From Thermoplasmatota archaeon (GTDB lineage: Archaea > Thermoplasmatota > Penumbrarchaeia > Penumbrarchaeales > Penumbrarchaeaceae), in the NCBI GenBank assembly GCA_029762535.1, contig JARVGK010000011.1, positions 1 through 47,336 of the forward strand: a stretch of 47,336 bases of DNA. The letters are read 5' to 3'. The position numbers and the translations under genes were made by a program. Every line of letters begins with the position of its first letter. Position 1 is the stretch's first letter. Of the stretch, positions 28,201-36,418 are shown piece after piece. The notes beneath the pieces were generated by a model. It was not told the origin of the DNA. It ran no database searches and saw only the letters and a program-made list of their open reading frames with translations.

Positions 28201-29506
28201 AACATCCCCTGTAATCGTAGTCGGCGCCCATCCTCGAGTGGATGATCAGATCGTCCCTATCGTCACCATCCATATCTCCAATGGTGAGAACACCGAACTC
28301 GAAACCGGACCTGGGCCCCCTTATCATGAAATCGTAGTCCAGAATGCTTAGGTCGTCCACCGGCATATCGCTCTTGCCGTAGAAGGCGAATATTCCACCC
28401 GTCCTGTCGAAGAATGCCTGGGGAGCCGTTACCAAGAGATCGTCGATCCCGTCCCCATCGATGTCCGCTGCGGTAGCATGGGAGAGCCAGTAATTGGCGA
28501 AGGATGATATCCTCAAGTATGAATAGGTCGCAAGGTCCATCTCCATGAGCATGTTCCTTCCACCGTATACCACCTCGACCTCGCCAGAATATTGCGCATC
28601 GGTGAACTTGTACATCGATCCGATGAGAATGTCGAGATACCCGTCCCCGTTGATGTCGCCGAGCTCGAGGCTGGATGAGCCTATGCCGTTGAAGAGATAG
28701 CCCCAGCTGTCATAGTAAAGGTCCGAATTGTAGATGTGGTGGTCGTACTCCATCATATCCACATGGTATTCCGTCTCGAACGCCATCCTCCCTTTCCATA
28801 TGAATAATTCTCCCTCGACCCCGAATAAGTTCTCGTACATCTGAACCACGATGATGTCGTCGTAATCGTCATCGTCGATGTCACCCACGGCAATGTTCCA
28901 TCCGAAGGCGGTCCCGAAGGCACCGTAGAACATCACATCCGCATCATTGGAGGACATGCTCGTGTTCCATGAGCTCGCTCCGAGGAAGAGGAACACCTTC
29001 GTCTCCGGCGTGGAGGGGAGGATACCCTGCCCGTACATGTAATGGTCCGTATATCCCGAGACCACAAGATCGAGCAGGCCGTCGGCGTCAACGTCCCCAA
29101 GGGCGATATTGAGGCCGAACAACCCCATATCCTCGTACCCCAGGATGGCCACGTCAGCATCGGAAGCCGTCAGCGCCCTATCGTCGTTCGGTCCCAGGAA
29201 TATGTAGACCGCGCCCTTTCCCGCATTTTGCATCGGGGCCGAAACGATCAGATCATCGATCATATCCCCGTTCATATCCCCGGCAACCATATCGTATCCC
29301 ATGTGTATGCCGGACACACCTCCGAAGACGTTCTGCTCGGGTGTGAAGCTACCCAGGTCGAAGCTCCCATGGAAGAAGTCCGGCGTGCTGACCGTTGATG
29401 TGATATCTTGCTGATCGCCGAAGCTCATCGGCATGCTCATTAGCAGCAATGAGATGACAACGATCGCCGATACCGCTCCATAACCAATCATTTTTCGTTT
29501 GACCAT
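25205..29506 (-). CDS. Large single-pass surface protein: 7 FG-GAP (integrin-alpha-like) repeats, Ig/FN3-like stalk, PKD domain, DxDxDG repeats, TM helix, cytoplasmic acidic linker and C4 Zn ribbon
   Basis: Signal peptide. Seven Asp-rich Ca loops (DMNGD, DVDAD, DIDDD, DINGD, DIDGD, DMDGD, DFDGD), each followed by a G.[VI]Y-type strand. PKD motif FDGSTSQDAD...YLWYSD..GYLG, TM WIVWLVIFLVILLFLIVGLIFVL, C-terminal CSLCG...CSLCG. AGGGGTG RBS before ATG 29506. Confidence 0.85.
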   Translation of the reverse strand: MVKRKMIGYGAVSAIVVISLLLMSMPMSFGDQQDITSTVSTPDFFHGSFDLGSFTPEQNVFGGVSGIHMGYDMVAGDMNGDMIDDLIVSAPMQNAGKGAVYIFLGPNDDRALTASDADVAILGYEDMGLFGLNIALGDVDADGLLDLVVSGYTDHYMYGQGILPSTPETKVFLFLGASSWNTSMSSNDADVMFYGAFGTAFGWNIAVGDIDDDDYDDIIVVQMYENLFGVEGELFIWKGRMAFETEYHVDMMEYDHHIYNSDLYYDSWGYLFNGIGSSSLELGDINGDGYLDILIGSMYKFTDAQYSGEVEVVYGGRNMLMEMDLATYSYLRISSFANYWLSHATAADIDGDGIDDLLVTAPQAFFDRTGGIFAFYGKSDMPVDDLSILDYDFMIRGPRSGFEFGVLTIGDMDGDDRDDLIIHSRMGADYDYRGCYYLLYMSETDDLPDPNVYNMKFETPSTVFKGPSGAQRFADILKPAFLVMDFDGDGLYEVVTSDSRASAAGYQPNAGVVYFFYQTETEVRLNYFDLLDGDGENGNILGAGKLYHFVGHVENTWSLEDFSKLDISLIMHGGDIEGEKIELYWDRGLMRIRERTDNFELLDIESTSVNPDGGKGMFLYMNLSFRSTVPTEEPMDMIIDIAAGKGLSVSLSKPALFRVECDVAFHGDFQVIGAINGRLSLGSFVQGGETIEVSGVRVVFEGTEASPPNSYFSIKMEDNKGNVYLNSSSSGMDIYFTFKTLPIPGKEELYITIVDLVGEADDVTGGLMFYYMVDVDLPHAPTDLIARADSDIDELTGYDDDPDVWIVWTPSSDDTSNIVGYLYNTYDAGGTSEGTFVDRTKFEFKGLMEGWNTIYVWAMDEAMNYGPAESVSVYYDAEAPVFLPPNPAPGSWVNERIITYEITVIDQGGSGVLGSSIEYAISSDGARTFGAWEPTNIRRVGDRITVKLFIPLRDGVGNYVKWRAKDIAGNGYVESEPYQVKVDTIPISYMEATPELPQDSSYVVCGITVTDRVPLIGSGVDASTIQYSVSYNGVSNYGPWESLDLSGTYESITAQTPPLYFNRDTVNYIKWRAKDIAGNGWTYSDDIPVEVTEVRRNSEPVPIITTPLPNQDFDTSSLIHFDGSTSQDADDDKLTYLWYSDIDGYLGTDPVIYRTLSAGNHLITLAISDGKSNVTFSIPLKVYLSVEYIDTDGDGIPDIWDDDIDGDGLLNIEEDKNRNGLVDPGETDPRNPDTDGDGVIDSLDYAPLDPTKWKAERRDLLPSWIVWLVIFLVILLFLIVGLIFVLKQRADRERLRARNEHRVAKRNLRRFEVLTGVPTNDLPAIEAVQWALPGVIAEASEFILEAPPSEDLLPPSPEEDKEEPTEAKVSKPDLEDMETPAPAAPSMEESVSEQEPPSSGGKIVTCSLCGSEVPVAEGATSVECSLCGEIINV

Positions 29507-29617
29507 ATGAACACCCCTATCAGGAATCACCAGCTCTGCTGGTCTGCGCCATTTTGACCAAGATATTTTTATATATACCCTTTGGTATCTTTTTCCTTAA
29601 TATTTATATATTGTTCT

Positions 29618-30295
29618 CTAAGAGTGAATGGACCCATCCTTCATCCTCATTATCTTTCTGGACCTTCGGGCAACCTCCGGATCGTGTGTCACCACTATGA
29701 GCGTCTTTCCTTGGGCCCTGTTCATCTCAGTGAGTATATCCATGATCACACCGGAGCTGTCCGAATCCAACTCACCTGTCGGCTCATCCGCGAGTATCAT
29801 CTCCGGACCGTTGGCAATTGCCCTGGCGATGGCGGTCCTCTGCTGCTCACCGCCGGACATGCGGGAGGGAAGATGCTTTGCCCTGTTCAGTATCCCCACA
29901 CTGTCAAGGAGTTCGCAGGCCATCTTCCTGGATTTGGCGCGTCCGATCCCGGACTCCCGCATGGGGACCATGACGTTCTCCATCGCGTTCAGGTTCGGAA
30001 GGAGGTGGAACTGCTGAAAGACGAAGCCGATCCTCTTCAATCTCATCTTGGAAAGATACCAATCAGAACATCCCTTGATCGATCTCCCATCGATCGATAC
30101 ATCGCCAGAGGATGGCTTCTCGAGGAGTCCGATTATGTACATCAACGTGGTCTTGCCCGACCCTGAAGGCCCCATAACGGATATTGAATCGCCTTCTTTG
30201 ATCCTCATGCTCACTCCTTTTAGAGCTCTGACAAGGGCTGGGCCCGACCCGTACGATCTTTCCACCCTTTTCAGTTCCACCTTCACCCTGTACAC
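29618..30295 (-). CDS. ABC transporter ATP-binding subunit (LolD/MacB/FtsE family)
   Basis: Walker A GPSGSGKT, IGFVFQQFHL, signature MSGGEQQR, Walker B ILADEPTGELD, VTHD. Confidence 0.93.
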   Translation of the reverse strand: MYRVKVELKRVERSYGSGPALVRALKGVSMRIKEGDSISVMGPSGSGKTTLMYIIGLLEKPSSGDVSIDGRSIKGCSDWYLSKMRLKRIGFVFQQFHLLPNLNAMENVMVPMRESGIGRAKSRKMACELLDSVGILNRAKHLPSRMSGGEQQRTAIARAIANGPEMILADEPTGELDSDSSGVIMDILTEMNRAQGKTLIVVTHDPEVARRSRKIMRMKDGSIHS

Positions 30296-30347
30296 CCCTG
30301 ACCCTGAACGTAAAGACCATCGCCTTAATCTGATTTATCATAATTGG

Positions 30348-31679
30348 TCATATCTGCTGTCCTTTCCCCAGGGATTCCCTGATGTTCATCTTCAACAGGG
30401 ATATGGCCGGGATCGCGGAGAATATGATAACATTTAGGAGCAGGAAGGCGATCGAGAAAAGCGGGACGAATGGATCATCGCTGACGAAAGCGACATCCAG
30501 TCCGTAGAGGTCCCTCATATATGCATTGAAGGCCATCGAGCCCAGGACGGCCGGGACGACCCCCAAAGACGCACCGAGAACGGCGATGAGCAGGGACTGT
30601 GCCACGATCTCTCCGAATATCGATGTGACCTTCACACCGATAGCCCTCAGTATTGCGACCTCGGTCCGTCGTTCTTCGAGCTCTATGAGCATTATCGACG
30701 AAAGGAACAGAACCCCTATGAGGACCGATGCGGCCCCGACCGATACGGCGAAGACCTCCAGTACAAGGACCTCCTCCTCAATGCGATAGAGCCTTCCCTC
30801 CGTATCCGATATCATATGCCCGGGGAATAATCCGTAGATGTTCGCGGAGATCCCCCTTATTGAAGCGGGATCCTTCCTCTCCTCCGAGACCTTGACGTAT
30901 ATGCTCGTGGCCATATCCCTTCTAACGCCCGATGATGTGTTCACCTCATGGTTCATCGTCGCATACTGTAGTTCGCCCAGATGTACCATCGCCGCCCCTC
31001 CCACCAGGCCAGAGGTGATGCCGCGTCCCAGAAGTGAAGTGCTCAGGGAACCCATGATCACAAAGGATGACCTGGGTTTCGAATCCTGACCGAGCAAGTG
31101 AACCGTGGACCCTGTTTCCAATCCGTACTTTTCAATGATGTTTCGATCGAGAAGCATCTCTCCGGTCCATCCATGAGAATAGTTCGAGGCGTGGAAGGGG
31201 TCTCCTTCCTCCTCGAACCAGCCATCGAACTGCACTATCTCTGACCTGATCGGGATCCGATCGTTCTTTATGAAACGCTTGGTCATTTCAGGGACCACTC
31301 CGATCAAACCGACGTTCAACACCACCATACCTTCGGCCTGAACATGCCCGGTATCCGACGATGGGAAATCGCCGCCTGGGCCGATGACCAGCCCTATCTT
31401 TCCGAGCACCGTTAGGATCGGCATCGCGGCCGATATATTGTCCTCATCCCTCCCAAGCATCTTCGACCTTTGATGGGAATCGCTGATCGTGGGGTTGAGA
31501 CCCTGAGATGAGATTATCAGATCCCCGGGGGAATTGTACAATCTCTCCTGGGAAAGCTCGAACAATCCCATTGCTACCGAACCCAGTGATAGGAGCATGG
31601 AAAAGGAGATCGCGATGGCCAAAGTGGAGAGCGTTTTCCTGGCCCATCTTCTGGCAAGGCCCCTTAAAAGGAACATCAC
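30348..31679 (-). CDS. ABC transporter permease, FtsX/MacB (type VII) family
   Basis: One N-terminal TM, a large extracytoplasmic domain and three C-terminal TMs. Motif ERRTEVAILRAIG. Overlaps the upstream permease (GTGA). Confidence 0.85.
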   Translation of the reverse strand: MMFLLRGLARRWARKTLSTLAIAISFSMLLSLGSVAMGLFELSQERLYNSPGDLIISSQGLNPTISDSHQRSKMLGRDEDNISAAMPILTVLGKIGLVIGPGGDFPSSDTGHVQAEGMVVLNVGLIGVVPEMTKRFIKNDRIPIRSEIVQFDGWFEEEGDPFHASNYSHGWTGEMLLDRNIIEKYGLETGSTVHLLGQDSKPRSSFVIMGSLSTSLLGRGITSGLVGGAAMVHLGELQYATMNHEVNTSSGVRRDMATSIYVKVSEERKDPASIRGISANIYGLFPGHMISDTEGRLYRIEEEVLVLEVFAVSVGAASVLIGVLFLSSIMLIELEERRTEVAILRAIGVKVTSIFGEIVAQSLLIAVLGASLGVVPAVLGSMAFNAYMRDLYGLDVAFVSDDPFVPLFSIAFLLLNVIIFSAIPAISLLKMNIRESLGKGQQI

Positions 31680-32920
31680 CGCACCCTCCTTAAAGCGGAA
31701 ACGGGCGATACGAGCGATGAGGTTATCGCTGGGAAAGCTCCGGTGGCGATCCCCATGAAAAGTACGATCATAAAAGTTAACATGAGCACGGACCAGTTCA
31801 CGCTGAATAGCCTGAAATAGGTGGGAATCCCTCCTATGGAGCCTATGAGGACATCGTTGAGAAGACCGTTTATCAAAAGACCTATCCCCGTTCCGGCGAC
31901 TCCCCCCGTTATCGAGATGGCGAGGGAGCGTTTCAGATTGAAAGCTATCATGCCAGGTCTGGTCATTCCCAGTGCCCTCAATACGGCCAGATCCCCCGCC
32001 TTCTGATGTGTGGATATCATCATGACGGTGGATGTGAAGAGCACGGCAACAAGCAGGGTCACCGTGATCACGATCATCGAGAACGCGGAGACGATATCGG
32101 TGAACTGGTAGATCTCACCGAGAATATCCTTCTTCGAATGTACATCCACGATGTCCCTGTACCTGAAGGAATCACCTTCAGACCATATTAAAAATGAAGA
32201 AGACGCCCCCTTGTCCGAGTATCCTAATAGAATCTCGGTAAGGGTGTCCCTTTCAAGATATCCTTTGAGGAACTGTATCTCCCCTAGATGCAGTAACACC
32301 TCCTCAGATGTGCCCGAAAGGATATCCACGTAGATCCCGGATACGGTATATGATATCGGCTCGATGTCCGGCGCGGGGGAAACGTCTATCTTTTGCCCTG
32401 GAGAAAGACCCAATCTCCCCGCCAGGTCCCTAGAAAGCATGATATCGCCGGTCATCAAGGCTTCGTCCACCGACCCTGTGGACCGATAATGTTCTCGGAA
32501 CGGGTCCCCTCCTGTGACGAACCAGGACCCCTCTATGGTATCGAACTGTCCGAAATCCGCTTCCTGTTCCGGGATGATGCCAGTTGAAAGGACCTCTATC
32601 GGAGCCGAACCATCCACGGAAAGGAAGATGGAGTCCTTCAACCTGGGAGATATCCTGTCGGGAGGATATGGCGATCCCATGATCTCCCTCATTACGATGG
32701 CACCCTGATCGAACTTCTGCAGGTCCCTGAAAAGTGGGTTTAGACCCTCGGGGAGCACGTAAATGTCCGCGTTGACCCTGTCCAATACATCCCTCGTGCT
32801 ATCCCTGACGCCAATGGCGAGGGAGACCATCGTCATCGTCAGGGCTATGGATGATGCGATCGCGATGGCCATCATAAGGTTCCTAGGCCATCCGCCCCGT
32901 AGGTCCGCCAATAGATCCAA
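31676..32920 (-). CDS. ABC transporter permease, FtsX/MacB (type VII) family
   Basis: Same 1+3 TM topology, with QKAGDLAVLRALG and a PA......SPVSALR C-terminus. TTG start about 23 nt below a TTTTTATA box, so probably leaderless. Confidence 0.85.
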   Translation of the reverse strand: MDLLADLRGGWPRNLMMAIAIASSIALTMTMVSLAIGVRDSTRDVLDRVNADIYVLPEGLNPLFRDLQKFDQGAIVMREIMGSPYPPDRISPRLKDSIFLSVDGSAPIEVLSTGIIPEQEADFGQFDTIEGSWFVTGGDPFREHYRSTGSVDEALMTGDIMLSRDLAGRLGLSPGQKIDVSPAPDIEPISYTVSGIYVDILSGTSEEVLLHLGEIQFLKGYLERDTLTEILLGYSDKGASSSFLIWSEGDSFRYRDIVDVHSKKDILGEIYQFTDIVSAFSMIVITVTLLVAVLFTSTVMMISTHQKAGDLAVLRALGMTRPGMIAFNLKRSLAISITGGVAGTGIGLLINGLLNDVLIGSIGGIPTYFRLFSVNWSVLMLTFMIVLFMGIATGAFPAITSSLVSPVSALRRVR

Positions 32921-32942
32921 CGCACGGTATAGGGACTACTGG

Positions 32943-32982
32943 TATAAAAATAATAAAAAAAAAAGGACAGTATACCTGTTCT
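32943..32982 (-). terminator. Hairpin + T10 terminator of the DUF4129-MoxR operon, abutting the TATA box of the ABC operon
   Basis: Immediately after the stop at 32983 the minus strand reads AGAACAG-GTATA-CTGTCCT, then a T-run (10 A on + at 32955-32964), then ATTATTTTTATA. Confidence 0.6.
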
Positions 32983-33972
32983 TCAGTACACTGTCCCTTG
33001 GCTCTTCTCTGCGGTCCTTCTCAGGTCCTCTTCCTCTTCCTTCTCCTTCCTCGACCTGTAGCTGAAGAATAGCACCATCGCGATTATCAATGGCACCAAC
33101 AGGAGAAGGGAGGTGAAGTAGAGAGAATACACAGAGTTCAACATGATCGAGTTGGCCAGATGCTTGTTGAAGATCGGGGTCACCCATCTGAAGAAGAAGT
33201 TGATGACCATCAGCACGATCACTCCCACCATCACGATCAACATGAGGATGAAACCCATGATGTAGTAGTTGTTGATCACGGGGGTGAGGCTGAACTGTCC
33301 GACGGCCTTCTTCTTTGCGTAGTGGATGATCTCGTTGAACCTGTGGGCCGCTGTGTTGAGCTCTATGAAGAGCAGAAAGCTTATGCCGAATACGAAGAGC
33401 ATGATCCATGTTCCGAGGGATACCTCATCTATGAACATCAGGTTCCTGTTGCTGAAACCGATGTGGATCACGCCCGCGACCGCCGATGCGATCCCCGATG
33501 TCATGAGGAAACTGTTCATCGGCATGTTCATCCAATTCACCACCTTTACGCTGGTCATGAAATTGGATACCAGTAAGCCTCCGGTGGCGAGTATCGCCAG
33601 GGATACGTACACTATCGCGAAGATCAGCATATCCGTCCCGGAGGAGAACATTACCGACCAGCCTTTGCTCAGGATGAAGAAGGAGAGTATCACTATCAAC
33701 AACCATAAGAGCAGTCCTGTGACCGGGAACCTGGTGGTCTTCATCGGGTCGTAGGAAGAAACGATCTGCGACGCCAGGACCAGTAACAGTCCAACAACGA
33801 ACGCGAATATCCCGAACCCTGTAAGGTTCCAGGATACAATGAAACCCATCAACAGAAGCGAGACCAACCATGCGAAGGCGCCAAGGCCCCACATCAGAAT
33901 GGTCTCGCTGGCCTGAAGGCCTATCTCGAAGGGAACAAGGTGATCTTCTTCGTATCTTTCAGCCATCTTCAT
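32983..33972 (-). CDS. Polytopic membrane protein of unknown function (about 8-9 TM helices, charged C-tail)
   Basis: 329 aa and strongly hydrophobic. GAGGAGG RBS; lies 6 bp downstream of DUF58 in the same operon. Confidence 0.8.
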   Translation of the reverse strand: MKMAERYEEDHLVPFEIGLQASETILMWGLGAFAWLVSLLLMGFIVSWNLTGFGIFAFVVGLLLVLASQIVSSYDPMKTTRFPVTGLLLWLLIVILSFFILSKGWSVMFSSGTDMLIFAIVYVSLAILATGGLLVSNFMTSVKVVNWMNMPMNSFLMTSGIASAVAGVIHIGFSNRNLMFIDEVSLGTWIMLFVFGISFLLFIELNTAAHRFNEIIHYAKKKAVGQFSLTPVINNYYIMGFILMLIVMVGVIVLMVINFFFRWVTPIFNKHLANSIMLNSVYSLYFTSLLLLVPLIIAMVLFFSYRSRKEKEEEEDLRRTAEKSQGTVY

Positions 33973-33978
33973 TCCTCC

Positions 33979-35250
33979 TCAATAGTTCCTCGCCTCCAGC
34001 AGTATCTGGGTCAGCGGCGTTGCCGGTTTCCAATCGATAACCCTTACCCCGAAGCCTCTGAGCTCCTGGATGAGTATATCGCGATCTAGCCTGAGGATGT
34101 CATAGACGACCGGGTCGATCTTATCGCCCTTCTTCTGACGTGCCATTATCTCGAACTCGATGGAGTTGGGAGAGATTATGGTCACGTCGAACTCCAGCAT
34201 CCTCATCATGCTCACAGCCTTCCTCACCGAGTCATCCTCCTCCAGATTGGATATGACGATGACAGGGGAATGACGGGGCATGTAGGGTATCGCTACCTCG
34301 ACGATGCCGGATAGGGGTATATCCCCCCTGCCCTCAGCACCGGCCAGGGCCGTCAGGATCTCGAACAGTTGCTTCTGCCCGGTCCCCTTCTTTATCGTCA
34401 GCACCTTGTCGGAGTATATGACAAGCTGTACCGCATCCCTCCTCTTCAGGAAGAAGTTGGCAAGCGTGGCTGCCGCCCTTGCACCGTAGAGATTGGCGTT
34501 GTCGGAGTCCATGCCGTAGGATGATGAGGTCCTGGAATCGAAGACGAGGGTGATATCCGATACGGATATCCGCTCATGCTCGTTGACCAGGAGCTTTCCC
34601 GTGGAGGCGTAGGCCTTCCAGTTGATGTCCCTGAACGGGTCTCCGGGCATGTAATCGCGAATGGCGAAGAACTCGGAGCCCGGACCTGGCATCTTGACCT
34701 TCATCTCACCGGGATACATCTTAGGCTGCTTCGACTTGATATAGAGCTCTTTCACGTCCCTCACCTGGGGGAACACCGTCAGGTCCGATTCGAACGCGAC
34801 GGTCTTCTCCTTGTAGAACATGTTGAAGGGATCGTGGGTCCTCAGCGTTATCGGGCCTATCTTGTAGACCCCTTTCAGGGGGCACTTGACCGTGTACTTC
34901 AACCTTGTCGCACCTTTCGGATTGAGGTTGAGGTAGGTGTAATTGGTCCCCTCCTTCAGCTGTATGGTCCTGGGCAACTTGTCCCTGACCTCGAGGAAAC
35001 CGGTCTTGCCTCCCTGATTGAGGATCCTGAGCTCCACCTTCAGGGACCCGTCCTCGAAGATCTTCTCCTGGGACATCTCCCTGTCGGCGGTCAATCTCGT
35101 CGTGGTGTTGGCGAACAAGCTCACGATGGTGAAGACGATAGCGGTCAAAGCCAGCATCATGACCAGCAGGTTCCGCGTGGCCAGTCCCATGACTGTGAGT
35201 ATCACTGCCAAGCTCACGATCGCTGTTGCCTTTTTCGTCCACATGTTCAC
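33979..35250 (-). CDS. DUF58-domain protein (MoxR-associated, vWA-like) with N-terminal TM hairpin
   Basis: KGVY.IGPI......DPF, VFP, G.G.EFFAIRDYMPGDPFRDINWKA.A....L.VNE.E, and degenerate MIDAS-like FDSRTSS. Adjacent to MoxR. Confidence 0.9.
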   Translation of the reverse strand: MNMWTKKATAIVSLAVILTVMGLATRNLLVMMLALTAIVFTIVSLFANTTTRLTADREMSQEKIFEDGSLKVELRILNQGGKTGFLEVRDKLPRTIQLKEGTNYTYLNLNPKGATRLKYTVKCPLKGVYKIGPITLRTHDPFNMFYKEKTVAFESDLTVFPQVRDVKELYIKSKQPKMYPGEMKVKMPGPGSEFFAIRDYMPGDPFRDINWKAYASTGKLLVNEHERISVSDITLVFDSRTSSSYGMDSDNANLYGARAAATLANFFLKRRDAVQLVIYSDKVLTIKKGTGQKQLFEILTALAGAEGRGDIPLSGIVEVAIPYMPRHSPVIVISNLEEDDSVRKAVSMMRMLEFDVTIISPNSIEFEIMARQKKGDKIDPVVYDILRLDRDILIQELRGFGVRVIDWKPATPLTQILLEARNY

Positions 35251-35302
35251 ACCATTTCCTTTTTGCAGAGGGAGAGGGGCCCCCCTCCGCCTTTTGTGGC
35301 GA

Positions 35303-36394
35303 TCATATCGCCGGTACCGGCACCTCGGAAAGGATCTTGTTTATTATATCCTGGGCTAGAACACCCCTGATCCTCGGCTCGGGCTTCAGGATGATCCTGT
35401 GCGCCAGAGCTGGCATCGATATCGCCTTAACATCGTCAGGGGTAATGTAATCCCTGCCCTGCAGGACAGCTCTCGCCCTTGCGAGCTTGAACAGTGCCAG
35501 CGAACCTCTGGGAGATGCACCCACGACTACCCTGGGATCCTCCCTGGTCCTGTAGACGATCTCGACAATGTAGGTAAGCAGAGCGGGATCCATATGGACC
35601 TTCTCCACCACCTGCTGCATCGCGATTATCTTCTCGGGGGACGTAATGGTATTTATGTCCACATTGTCCTTTCCCCTCATCATACGCCTGATGAGGATCT
35701 CCCTTTCGTCCTCCCTTGAGGGATAGCCCATGGACATCTTCTGCATGAACCTGTCCACCTGTGCCTCGGGGAGGGGATATGTCCCTTCCTGCTCGATGGG
35801 GTTCTGCGTCGCCATCACGAGGAATGGCTTCGGAAGCCTGTGGGTCACACCCTCGATGGACACCTGCCTCTCCTGCATGGCCTCGAGCATGGCCGCCTGC
35901 GTCTTGGGGGGTGCCCTGTTTATCTCGTCAGCCAGGATGATATTCGCGAATATCGGCCCCGGTCTGAACTTGAATTCGTTGTCCTTCTCGTCGTAGATAT
36001 ACGTTCCAGTGATATCCGTCGGTAGAAGGTCAGGCGTGAACTGTATACGCCTGTACTTGCATCCAAGGGCCGAGGCGAAGGTCATGACCATCAGGGACTT
36101 CGCGGTCCCGGGGAAATCCTCGAAGAGGATATGCCCATCCGCAAGGATGGACAGAAGAACGTGCTCGAGGACGTTCCTCTTCCCTATGATGGCCTTCTCC
36201 ACCTCGGAGATGAGCGCGGCCGATGTGGCCGACACTCCCTTTATGGCCCTCTGCACCTCCGGAGAGGTGGTGGTCTTCCTTCCGGCAGGGGGAGCGGCCG
36301 GTGCGGGAGCGGCCTTTGGAGGGGCTGCTGCAGGCGCCGGTGCTCTCGGGGGTGCCGGAGCTGGTGGCTTTGGTTGGGTTCCATCCGGTGTCAT
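35303..36394 (-). CDS. moxR: MoxR-family AAA+ ATPase with Pro/Ala-rich N-terminal extension
   Basis: GHILFEDFPGTAKS, RIQFTPDLLPTDITG, F.PGPIF, LADEINRAPPKTQAAMLEAMQE, ATQNPIEQEGTYPLPEAQVDRF, GASPR, LAHRI. Confidence 0.96.
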   Translation of the reverse strand: MTPDGTQPKPPAPAPPRAPAPAAAPPKAAPAPAAPPAGRKTTTSPEVQRAIKGVSATSAALISEVEKAIIGKRNVLEHVLLSILADGHILFEDFPGTAKSLMVMTFASALGCKYRRIQFTPDLLPTDITGTYIYDEKDNEFKFRPGPIFANIILADEINRAPPKTQAAMLEAMQERQVSIEGVTHRLPKPFLVMATQNPIEQEGTYPLPEAQVDRFMQKMSMGYPSREDEREILIRRMMRGKDNVDINTITSPEKIIAMQQVVEKVHMDPALLTYIVEIVYRTREDPRVVVGASPRGSLALFKLARARAVLQGRDYITPDDVKAISMPALAHRIILKPEPRIRGVLAQDIINKILSEVPVPAI

Positions 36395-36418
36395 CTCTCA
36401 TCACCTATTTTTTCCATA

